DNA of 64,000 bases from Lama guanicoe (lineage: Eukaryota): positions 1,029,168-1,093,167 of the forward strand of contig MU053482.1 in the NCBI GenBank assembly GCA_013239625.1. The letters run 5' to 3'. Position 1 is the first letter of the stretch. Every line of letters starts with the position of its first letter. Positions 1 to 9,562 of this stretch are shown piece by piece. The position numbers were made by a program, and so were the translations under genes. The notes beneath the pieces are model-generated. The model was not told the origin of the DNA. It ran no database searches and was given only the letters and a program-made list of their open reading frames with translations.

Positions 1-238
1 TCGACCTCTTTTAATGAACAGGCCCCTGAGTGTAGGTCAGCCTGCTCTGGGTCCATTTTCGGCGTTGAGGTGGAGAGGGAAGCCAGCTGTGGAAGGTAAG
101 GAAAGGTGTGGGCTATTTGGAATCTTCTTCCTGAACTTCCTTAACTAGTGGGACATTCCATGACCACTGTGACACGTTCCGTGACCGCTGTGACACAGTC
201 CAGCCAATTTTGAACTTCATCGTCTTCTCTCTTTCCAG

Positions 239-325
239 TATCCGGAGTGGCCTTAGCTGTTTCCCAGACCTGTCCAGGGTGAATGACATCAGCCGCTTCG
301 AAAGGCAGCTCCAGGGAGGAGAAAG
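239..325 (+). other. Candidate upstream alternative exon (87 nt) with ATG at 283 in frame with SYT9 exon 2
   Basis: Pyrimidine tract cgtcttctctctttccAG (238) and donor AAG|GTATGT (326). A further donor AAG|GTAAGG at 96. ATG283-325 is 43 nt, phase 1. No transcript evidence available. Confidence 0.35.
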
Positions 326-969
326 GTATGTTTTTAAAGTATTATTTGGTGAGGAAGGGTACTGCGGTCCAAGTTCTCTGTCAGCAGAAATCTGACCTCT
401 GCTCTCTCCTCTGGCCTCATTCTGAAAACCTGAACAAATGGAGAACCATGAGTATCTACTAAGAAGGGACAGCGGAGAAGTGCCAGGTCTTTGACCCGAA
501 ACATCACCTTCTGTTCCGTTCAGTATATCCTTTTATGGGGTGTCTGTTAAGTAGTAAAGCTAATAAATCTCTTCTTTCTTCAAAGTCAAAGAAATTGGAA
601 TTACAGCTTAGTAATTGGCAACCGTAAAACTAGGATGGAACCCACACAGCCCAGGAAGGAAGAAAAAAGATAAAGCAGAACAGCCTGTTTCTTGGTGCCA
701 TGATAACCCACACATGGGCAGAGTGGATCTACCCAATCCAAAATGTGCTTTCGTTTTCTCTCTCAAGAAAAATTTGCTAGAATCAAGGAAGGACCAAGCT
801 CACAGAAGACTGATGGCCAAGAGGAGAGGGCTGTTGTCACAGAACACAAACCCAGTTCTAGTGTCATGGTCCGGGTGAAGTATATACTTCAGGCTCTAGA
901 GCAAGTGTGAGGACGAATCCTTGTTCAGGATAATGAAGCAGCAGTTTGTACTTCATGGGATGCCAGTTG

Positions 970-1075
970 CTGGGAGATAGCATGGGCTCACTAAGAACAA
1001 GTCCTGCCAGTTGAATCTTATTTTCTTTTGCTTAAGGCAGTTATCTGGCAAGGAACTGAATCCAAGAAAATGCCA
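970..1075 (+). mobile_element. L3/CR1 LINE RT remnant
   Basis: agcatgggctcactaagaacaagtcctgccagttgaatcttattttc matches the recalled CR1/L3 RT segment (HGFTKNKSCQTNLISF). Confidence 0.55.
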
Positions 1076-1189
1076 ATTAATAGGAAGTTCTGCCATTAGG
1101 AATCTCAAACCACTTGCCAAGTATAGAAGCAAGGTCTTGGGAGTAGGAGTGAGGATGTGGTCTAAGGGCAGCATGAGACTTATGAGACT

Positions 1190-2020
1190 TCTTTTTTTAT
1201 TATTTTTTCCAGCTTTCTTGAGGAATACATGACAGATAAAATGTGAAGTGTGCATGATGATTTGATATACATATGCATCTTGAAATGATTACCAATATCA
1301 AGTTAACACATCCATCACCTTTTAACTTTTTATTAAACTTTTTTTGTGTGTGATGAGAATGCTTAAGAGCTACTCTCAGTAAATTTCAAGTGCACCATAC
1401 TGTTTTATTAACTACAGTCACCATGTGTACATTGTATCCTTATAACTGAAAATTTGTACCTTTGACCTACATCTCCCAATTTTACCCACCCCCTAACCTC
1501 TGGCAGCCATCATTCTACTCTGTTTCTATGAGGATCATTTTTTTTTTTAGGATCCACATGTAAGTGATAACCATACAGTGTTTGTCTTTCTCTGTCTGGA
1601 TTATTTCATTTACCAGAATGTCCTCCAGGTTTATCCCTGTTGTTGCAAATGACAGGATTCCCTTCTTCTTGAGGTTAAATAATATTCCATTGTGAATGAG
1701 AGTGTGTATATGTGTGTGTGTGTGTGTACACATATATACATATCACATTTTCTCTATCCACTTACCCATTCATGGACACCTAGGTTGTTTCCATGTCTTG
1801 GCTATTGTGAATATGCTGCAGTGAACAAGGGGGTACAGATATCTCTTCAAGACAGTGATTTCATTTCCTCAGGTAAATACCCAGAAGTAGGATAGCTGGA
1901 TCATATGGTAGTTCTGTTTCTAATTTTTTGAGGAATCTCCATAATGTTTTCCATAGCGGGTCAGCAATTTAACATTGCCACCAACAGTGCACCACGGTTC
2001 CTTTTCTCCATATCCCCCCA
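1190..2020 (-). mobile_element. LINE-1 3' end (older L1M-type) with internal (TG)n
   Basis: T-rich tail followed by typical antisense L1 3' UTR/ORF2-end text (ccatgtcttggctattgtgaatatgctgca; ttttttgaggaatctccataatgttttccatag). (TG)n at ~1700-1728. Confidence 0.85.
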
Positions 2021-2029
2021 ACCACCATT

Positions 2030-2200
2030 CTGATACTAGAATAACACTTCCACACATTTTGTTGGTTAAAGTAAATCACAGGCCAGCCCAGATTCAAAGG
2101 GAAGGGGAATACACTCATTTCTTGGTGGAAGGAGTGGTAAAATCACACTACAAGGGGATGGGTAGAATGGGAGGGATGGCACGGCTGTGCTGTATCTGGA
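2030..2200 (-). mobile_element. MaLR (MLT1-type) LTR fragment
   Basis: cacattttgttggttaaagtaaatcacaggccagcccagattcaaaggg resembles the MLT1 consensus. Confidence 0.55.
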
Positions 2201-3584
2201 AACAATCTGCAGGTTTGTCCTTGGGAAAATTATTGAACCACCTGATTTCACTTTCTTTACCTGTAAAATAAGACATAATAACACCTACTGCTTAGGAATG
2301 TTGTCAGTAATAAATTAAGGAAGTATGTTTAGCAACCAGCACATTGTTTTAGACACACAACAGCAACAACAAAGTTATATACTAATTGAGCCTGTACTAT
2401 AGGGTGGCACTATTCCAAGCACTTTATGTAATCTTTATAACAACCCAATGATGCACATATTAATATTATCTGATGAGAAACTCTAGGCACAAAAATGTAA
2501 GTAACTTCCACAAGTTGGTTTCACAGTAACTGGTCTCTCTGAATCATGACTGCCTTACTGCCTGCTACATCCAAAGGACACGTCTTAGTTTTTTCCCTTC
2601 AGATTCTTTTGACACTTGATGTTGTTGATTGTTCGTTCTCCTTTGGCCTCATGATTCCAGTCTTGCCGATTTTCCTCTTCTCTGTTACTTTCAATCTCTG
2701 CTGCTTAAACCACATTTTGAATGACAAAGCTTTTTCTTAATTTTCCAGCTCTTCTTTCCTAGAGGAACCCAACCAAGGTGGCAGCTCAGTTTCTACCTTT
2801 CAGTGGATGATGGCCAGTCTCCCCTCTCTCCTAAAACTCTGGGCTTGCAATTCTAAGTGTCATCAGGGACTTACCATGTATGGCCCAGGTCAGTTTTTGG
2901 AACGTCTGTGGCTTTCACTCTTCCTCATTCCTTTGGCTGCCATCTTGTCAATTCATATTTGACATGTTTTTCAAATTTGGATGTTTCTGGCAATCAGCTA
3001 GTGCCTTTGGCCTGTATGGACCCATGATATCTTGCCTGGCTTATCAAAGTAATTTCTCAACTGAACTTACTTTTTTCAGTTCCTCTCTGACAAAGTCACA
3101 TTTGTGTTACATTTCTACATGCTTTAACACACACTCCACTCCTCCCCACCATTACTGCACCAGCCCTGGCATCCACACACTCTGGTGGCACCTCCACCAC
3201 ATGGTTTTTCCCTGCTTCTCCAAGATTTCCCTCCTTTCAAAGACCAGCTTCTGCTCTGCCTCCTCTGAAGGCTGTCTCTCAGTGCATTTGTTTTCCCTCC
3301 TAATTTTCTTAAGGCAGAGTCTACTTGTCTTTTCACAACTCTCTGAAGTTACCTTTGCATTTACAACTTTATTTTCTCTACTATTCTAATATAAGGTCCT
3401 TGAGGCCCCAGCACCACTTACAGCAGTATTCCAAAGCTTGTCTGTCAGGTTAACACTCTATGGCCCAGAATTACCTTTCTGCACAATATGATTTGCAATG
3501 AGATGTCTCTAGCAACAGCACAACCTTATGGCTCAAAGTGTCAGTTGTAGAGATTCTACTCCAGGACACTAGTATTACCTAAAG

Positions 3585-3586
<2 letters not shown>

Positions 3587-3620
<34 letters not shown>
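3587..3620. repeat. Poly(A)34 mononucleotide run
   Basis: Directly visible. Confidence 0.95.
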
Positions 3621-3621
<1 letters not shown>

Positions 3622-3644
3622 CCAAGGTTACCCTGCCTCCTTCT

Positions 3645-3790
3645 GTATGAACTTGGGTAGGTGCTACCTTTTCTGAGTCTCACGTTTGTCATTGGTAATA
3701 TGAGGATAACAGTTATACAGACCGTGTTAGGCTATCAAGGGAATTAAACGAGATTATATAGCTACAAGACTTGTGGCACAGTGCTTGGCG
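3645..3790 (+). mobile_element. MIR SINE
   Basis: MIR core-like text (gaacttgggtaggtgctaccttttctgagtctcacgtttgtcattggtaatatgaggataacag ... gcacagtgcttggc). Confidence 0.6.
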
Positions 3791-3851
3791 CGCTTGCGCA
3801 CGCGCACACACGCATGCACACACCACACACCACACACCACACACACACACG
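3788..3851. repeat. Alternating purine-pyrimidine (GC/CA)n microsatellite
   Basis: gcgcgcttgcgcacgcgcacacacgcatgcacacaccacacaccacacaccacacacacacacg. Confidence 0.9.
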
Positions 3852-4698
3852 TTCAGTATTCCCTAGTTATTTCTTGGCTGATTGCCTGAATGGCTGAAGA
3901 CGTGGGTGTACAAGAGGTGCCCTGTGTTCCCTTCCAAACATCCCAGATTCTGTGATACTCTTCCTTGGTGGATCCTGGAGATTCGTTAGCAATCCTGAGA
4001 TTTCCAATCGGTTGCTTAGCAAACCAGCCAGGATCTAGGAAGCTCCAGGTAATTCCCAGCTTCTTCCTCAGGAGCCATTTATTTCACCTTAGTTCCGATC
4101 TGAGAGTCTCCACCTTCTCCAAATCACCACAGTAGTCGAAAAGGTCCTGAACTTGAGATACCGCACCTTTGTTGGCGAATACTGACCCCAGGCGCCGCAT
4201 CCTTAGGCCCACGGTTTATACCCAGACGGCGCTTCTCAAGTTCGAAGTCGGGACTTGGTTCTCCGGATCTGGAGGGCGTGGTTCAGACTGCACCTTTCCC
4301 GCAACGCACCCAAGAGCGTGCTTTGGACTCCTGCGGCGAAGGGCGGTGGGAGAGGGTGTGGGTTTGCATCAGGACGGAGCGCGCACCCGCTCACACTCTC
4401 CAAACCTGGGCGCGGCCGCTGTGAGCACTAGGTCCCGAGCCCAGTCCGGCGCTCGTCTAGGAGCCCGCGAGCGCCCCCCGCCCCCCGCGGGCGCCCAGGC
4501 AGGGGCCGCCGGGATCCTACCCGGCGGCGCGCACCCCTGACCCGCCCCGCCCCCCGGCGGCCGCAAGTGGCGGGCGGAGCGCGAGGAGAGAGGCGCGCTG
4601 AGCTGTGCGGCACCGCCTCTCCTCCTTGCCGGGGGAGGGACGGAGGGGCCGGGCGGGAGAGAGAGAAAGCCCGACCGAACCGGCTGGCCAAGAGCTAC

Positions 4699-4800
4699 AT
4701 GCAACCGGTGGGAGGCCGGACCGGCTGGGGCTGGCGCTCGGGCGGTTTCTTGGCGGGTCCCTGGCGGCGAGGGCGGACGGCCCGGGGGCGGCGGCTCTGA
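4699..4800 (+). promoter_or_regulatory. Candidate uORF (33 aa, MQPVGGRTGWGW...) in the SYT9 5' leader
   Basis: ATG 4699 to TGA 4798-4800, same frame as the SYT9 ATG. Only relevant if the TSS lies upstream of 4699. Confidence 0.45.
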
Positions 4801-4866
4801 GCTGGCAGGCGGAGGGTTGTCTCTCGCGCCTGCCTGCCCGGCGCGGTCCGAGGATGCGGGGGGGCG

Positions 4867-5011
4867 ATGCCCGGGGCCAGGGACGCGCTCTGTCACCAGG
4901 CGCTGCAGCTGCTGGCCGAGCTCTGTGCCCGCGGGGCCCTGGAGCACGACAGCTGCCAGGATTTCATCTACCACCTGCGGGACCGCGCCAGACCTCGGCT
5001 CCGCGACCCAG
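4867..5011 (+). CDS. SYT9: Synaptotagmin-9 coding exon 1 (145 nt; luminal N-terminus with Cys9/Cys20/Cys30)
   Basis: Translates to MPGARDALCHQALQLLAELCARGALEHDSCQDFIYHLRDRARPRLRDP, which I recognise as the SYT9 N-terminus. Ends at a canonical donor CAG|GTGAGT (5012) in phase 1 and lies inside the CpG island. Confidence 0.96.
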
Positions 5012-8000
5012 GTGAGTGCCGTTGCCACCGCTGCCGCGCGCGACCGGAGGGCCCTGGGATGGGAGTTGGGGCCGCACCGGGGCCTGAGGCAGGAGACAAA
5101 CGCGGGCTGGAGGGTGGAGGGCGGGTGACCACCGAGCTAGGGGAGGGGGTCAGGAACCGGCGCAGCGGGGCCTGAGGCTGGAACCGCGCGGGGACCCCGG
5201 CGGAGGCTGCTGCGCGGAGGCCGAGTCCGGGTCCGGGTGGCTGGCGCAGGGTTGGAGGGACCACGCCCGCCACCTGCGCTCCGGTTGCCGGGGCTCCTGG
5301 GGGCGGCTCCCGAGCTCCGCGCTCCACTTCCCGGGCTCTGCGCTCCCGGCCAGGGGAGGCCGCGGCGGCCTCGCGAGCCCTGAGAAGGGGGACGAGGCCA
5401 GGAGTAACTCCTGGAAGTTGGGAGTTGGGGACGGCCCCGGGCTGCGGCTGAATCCCACCGGGCGCTCTTCATCCTCTCCCCAGAGCGCCCCTGTCCTTTC
5501 CTTGGTCTGGGGTGAGAAGGGCCGGGCGGGATCCGGCGTTGGGCCGGGGATCCGGAGCTCCGGGTCCTGGGCAGCCGGGCCTGAAACGGTTCCCTGCGGG
5601 TCTCTTGGCGTGGAGACTGTCTGGGCCTGGGCGCGCCGCTCAACCATCTCCTGCCGCCGGGCACACCGAGGTCGAGGGGCTCACCGGTCCTGGCTTGTGC
5701 ACTTGCAGTTATTCCGAGTGAAAGTTTCGAAGCTCCTAACTTTGGAAAGTTCATTTATTTTGGCCCTTGACCAATTAAGGTTGAAGAAGGGAGTTTCAGT
5801 GGAGCCATTTGCTCTCCTCAGGGGTCCTGCATCTCCCATGTCTTCTCTTCTGCTGCGGGTTACTGGAAGACACCTTCCTTCCAGATGTTTACTTGAGATT
5901 CTTCTCACCTTGAGGAATCATTTTCTCGAATAGCCTCTCAATCTAAGTACTTAAAAAAAAAAAAAGACGTATTGGGGTTGGATTGTTAAAGATGGGATAA
6001 GAAAATGGCCTTTCCTCTAATATTCCTGTGTATAAATATTGGAAATGAGCTATTGCTGTGCAGATTATCCAGTACGAATTTACCTAATTTTAAACCAGTC
6101 CATTACATAAAAATCTATTTACCCAAAGGATAAATAGAGAATTATTTGGTTCATGAAGAGGTATGCACTAAGCCTGACTTCCATAGCATTTCCTTGATAG
6201 TATATTTAAAAGAGGTTTGTGAGGTGAAGAGAAGTCATCTATTAAAAGTTTAAATCAGATTTTCCCTACTCAAAGGCTTTTTTTTAATTGAAAGAAGGAG
6301 ATTATTGTTTCCCATTGCCTGTGGTTAATTAATTAAGTTTATGGAATGATCACTAATGTGTTACTTTAAAGTAGAGAATTAAGTCAAGAAATACTGTTGA
6401 TTTCAAATGATTTCCCCGAGGTTTAATGCCCAGCCTTCTTAGGGTTCCTTGCTGGACATGATGTGCTGCACGGACTGCAGACATGAATGAGAACACTTCA
6501 TTTCATGAACTGGGGGCACAGGATGATATCCTCAGTGGGGAAATTTCTGTCCTTAAGTAAGCAGGAACAAGAAAATTATTTAGCTTGCTTCACCCAAAGC
6601 AAGCATTCCTGTTCAAATGTGCCACTTCATTGCCTGTGACAGTGCCAGGAATTGTCACTTTTATCCTGAATAAGTAGTCATCTTTGGCTTTCTAAGGAAA
6701 GATGGATAAGACCTCGCACTGAGTTGCACGTTTAACACCCCATATCTTTATGGCTGACTTTATGCCTCTGCTTTTAATCCATGAGCTAGATTCCATGTTT
6801 TTAGGTTTTCCTCAGCCCCTGCACTGGGAAGCCCTTGAGGAAGAATCACAGAGAAGACTCCTCACAAAAGACACCTCTGATTCCTTGGTCGAGAAGTAGC
6901 CACAGATAAAGAATACACTGTGCTAGTCTCTCAGCTCCTGAAAGCACTGCTCTGCTTTCTTAACTGGGGCACAGTGGTTTTGAGGTAGCCCCCAGGACCC
7001 TCTAGATCTTTGGTCTGGGTCAGGAAGTAGCCTGTTCATGAGGCAAGAGAGGGGCGGGGGACTGTGAGTGCCAGGTGAGAGCAACTGAGGCTGAAGCCCA
7101 TGTCCGGAGTGCCCTGTCTCTTCTGTTCAGGAGGAATCTCTTCACTTCCCTCCTTCCTCTCCTTGCCCACATTAATCCTTACATCAGATGCATTTATCTC
7201 CATCCCTCTGAAGCTGTTTGCTTGTCCAAACCAAGACTGCCTTTAATTTCTGAGCCCTAGGAGCTGAGTGGCTGGAGTAGCTGCACTGCCCAGCACTGTG
7301 AATGGTACCCCTACTGGTGTGTAGCGCGAACCAGAACAACCACACACAGCAGCAGCCCTGGGATGCAAATCTCTGTAAATGGGTGACTTCCTATTCTGTA
7401 AAGGAACCCACTCACCTGAATGCCATGTTTCAGCTTTCTCTGTCCATTGACTACCGAGTGGTAGCTCCATTTTCTCAAGCTCAGCTGAGGGACTTTAGTT
7501 TTAAAAGGAGAAAACAGACATAATTCCCTGTGGACAGCAGAGTGACGCTGCATCTGGGATGTTTGTTCATTTTTTTCAGAGGTGGGGTAAGCCTGGGTCA
7601 CGATGAATGGACCATCAGAAAGGTAGTTCTTTGCACAGGTAGCTGCAGTACTGTGATGTGGGAGTACAGCACCTCGTCTTCCCTAACTTGGTATTAAGAG
7701 AGAATTTGATGAAAGTGTCATCTTTTTAAAATGAAGCTAAGTCATAAAGTGGAACTGGAATGCCTCACCAGTCCTTCATCTGTACCAACTATGGAAAGTA
7801 AAGTGCTGATCTTTAAGCTGAGTGTAAGCACGTTTCCATAGAGAGCAGTTAGAATCCTTCTGTGAGATATTATGTTGTTTCATATATTGGCAATGTCAGG
7901 CATAAACTTGTGAGTCTAGAGAATAGCCTTCACAGCAGCAGAGAAGAGCATGTGCAAAGGTCCTGAGATAGGAGTGTCTTTAATGTGACTCAAGAAATAG

Positions 8001-8142
8001 CTGAGTTCAAGAGTGGCTAGTGCAGAGTGAAAAAGATAGAAAATGACAAGAAATATGGGTAAGGGTTGGAGGGGGAAGATCATGTGGGCCTTCTAAACTG
8101 TTCTAAGGATCTTGGTTTTTACTCTGAATGAGGAGGAGTTGA

Positions 8143-8266
8143 GAGGGAGGGGCTATAGCTCAGTGGTAGAGTGCATGCTTAGCACACATGAGGTCCTGGG
8201 TTCAATCCTCAGTACCTCCATTAAAACAAAACAAACAAACAAACAAACAAAGCATATAAAAAAAAA
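8143..8266 (+). mobile_element. tRNA-derived SINE (camelid Vic-1-like)
   Basis: A box tagctcagtggtaga, B box gggttcaatcc, (AAAC)n/A-rich tail and a degenerate flanking direct repeat (gaggaggagttga / gagaaggaattga). Confidence 0.85.
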
Positions 8267-8742
8267 GAGAGAAGGAATTGAATGGAGAAGTGGCAACATT
8301 CTGGCTGCTGTGTTAAGAAAATACTGTTGAAGATCAAGGGAAAAGACAGAGAAACCTGCTAACAGGCTATTGTAGTAATCCAGACAGAGGGGACAGTGGA
8401 CTCAGTTTGAAGAGGCAGCACTAGGATTTGTTGATGGACTGGAAGTGAGTGGTGAGAGGAGTTAAAGATGACCCAAAGCTTTTTGATCTAAGTACCTCCA
8501 TTTACTGCATAGGGCAAGACTTCAGGAGAAGCAGAGTTGGAGTGGGGAGGAAAATAAGGAGGCTTTTGTTTTATTAAAAAACTTTTTTGTATATGTGAGG
8601 TGCGTGGTGTCTCTTAGTTCAACAGTGACCTCAAGCATGGAAGTCTCTTGTGACGTTATCAATTCGTCTATGCTCATATTTTGTAACTGGGGACTTCACT
8701 CTCCTTGAGAGCGCCAGTTGCTTGTAGGACAGCAGTTATTAT

Positions 8743-9099
8743 TGTTACCAGGAAAAGAAAAATAAGTATTACCTTGGTTCTTACTCACCCAAAGAAAGAT
8801 TTTTGACGAGAGACAGAAAGTTTCATGTAAGCAAGATTCTTTATTAGTGAAATAAAAAAAGTAAAAGACGTAGTGCACTCCTGAGAACTGGGGGCGGGCC
8901 AATCCAAGAGAGGAAAAATGGCGCCATTCCTTTGTTTTTCCTGCTTTTATATCCTGGTTTCTTGATTGATTGATTGATTGACGACTCAGGTTCCCTGCGC
9001 TCTGGCTGACTGACAGCTCAGGTTCCTTGTGTTTTGCATTGTTCCTTTCCCCCTCCTCTCCCCCTGCCCAGTGCTCATTTCTATCTAAACTACCCAACA
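8743..9099 (-). mobile_element. ERV1-type solo LTR (357 bp) with 4-bp TSD TTAT
   Basis: TGTT...AACA termini. TTAT at 8739-8742 and 9100-9103. On the minus strand, (CAAT)n boxes, then TATAAAA (8951-8945), then AATAAA (8845-8840), in U3-R-U5 order. Confidence 0.8.
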
Positions 9100-9407
9100 T
9101 TATTAAAAGGTTTGTCCTTGCATGGAATGAAAAGCTCTGTTTAACTTCTACTGTTGATCTTGAATTTACTTACGAGTCAACAAAGAATTAGTCTCTTCTC
9201 CATTTGACTCTTAGTGGGTAGCGCTTGTAACTTTTCTGATCCTGTTTCCACATCTGGAAAAGAAAAGAGGATTGAATCATGTGATTTCTAGGTTTTAAGC
9301 ATGTTTTACTGTTTTCCTTGTCTTTTCTTCTGACAGGTGCCAAGCACATCTGTGCCAAGCACTTATGTAGGTCACTTCATTTAATCCTCATAATGTCTTC
9401 CAAGACC

Positions 9408-9562
9408 TTGCTGCTCAACATGTTCAGTTGTACACCAGTAGCACCTGGGAATTTCTTAGAAATGCAGATTTTCGGTCCCCACCCTAGACCTACTGATGTG
9501 AATCTGTGTTTTACAAGATTCTTAGGTGATTCATAGGCGCATTAAGGTTTGAGAAGCATTGC
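9408..9562. mobile_element. MER5-type hAT-Charlie non-autonomous DNA transposon
   Basis: cacctgggaatttcttagaaatgcagattttcggtccccaccctagacctactga ... aaggtttgagaagcattg. Related copies at ~10053-10258, ~17975-18120, ~34728-34900 and ~49830-49965. Confidence 0.7.

Larger units (their letters stand above)
4150..5700. promoter_or_regulatory. SYT9: CpG island covering the SYT9 promoter, 5' UTR, exon 1 and start of intron 1
   Basis: Abrupt shift to very GC- and CpG-rich sequence against CpG-depleted flanks. GC boxes (cccgccccgccccc ~4541-4556; cccccgcccccc ~4474-4486). No obvious TATA box. Edges are approximate. Confidence 0.9.

Noticed and set aside
2880..3389. 169-aa ORF, and similar 100-176 aa ORFs such as 27964-28494 and 45131-45580
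   Set aside because: No recognisable homology or exon-like boundaries. The composition suggests degenerate repeats or chance ORFs.
3407..3428. REST/RE1-like motif (ccagcaccacttacagc)
   Set aside because: The critical GG of the GGACAG half-site is replaced by TT and the 5' end mismatches. Too weak to call.
3587..3620. Poly(A)34 as the tail of a retrocopy
   Set aside because: No recognisable retroposed body upstream and no convincing TSD.
4169..5933. Many long overlapping ORFs on both strands (e.g. 4369-5028, 5137-5754)
   Set aside because: Expected from the scarcity of stop codons in a CpG island. The translations are low-complexity Pro/Arg/Gly/Ala with no recognisable domain.
8150..8220. 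tRNA-like sequence with A and B boxes (also at 38410, 56310 and 62200)
   Set aside because: Divergent copies with A-rich tails and degenerate TSDs, lacking a proper acceptor stem. These are tRNA-derived SINEs, not tRNA genes.
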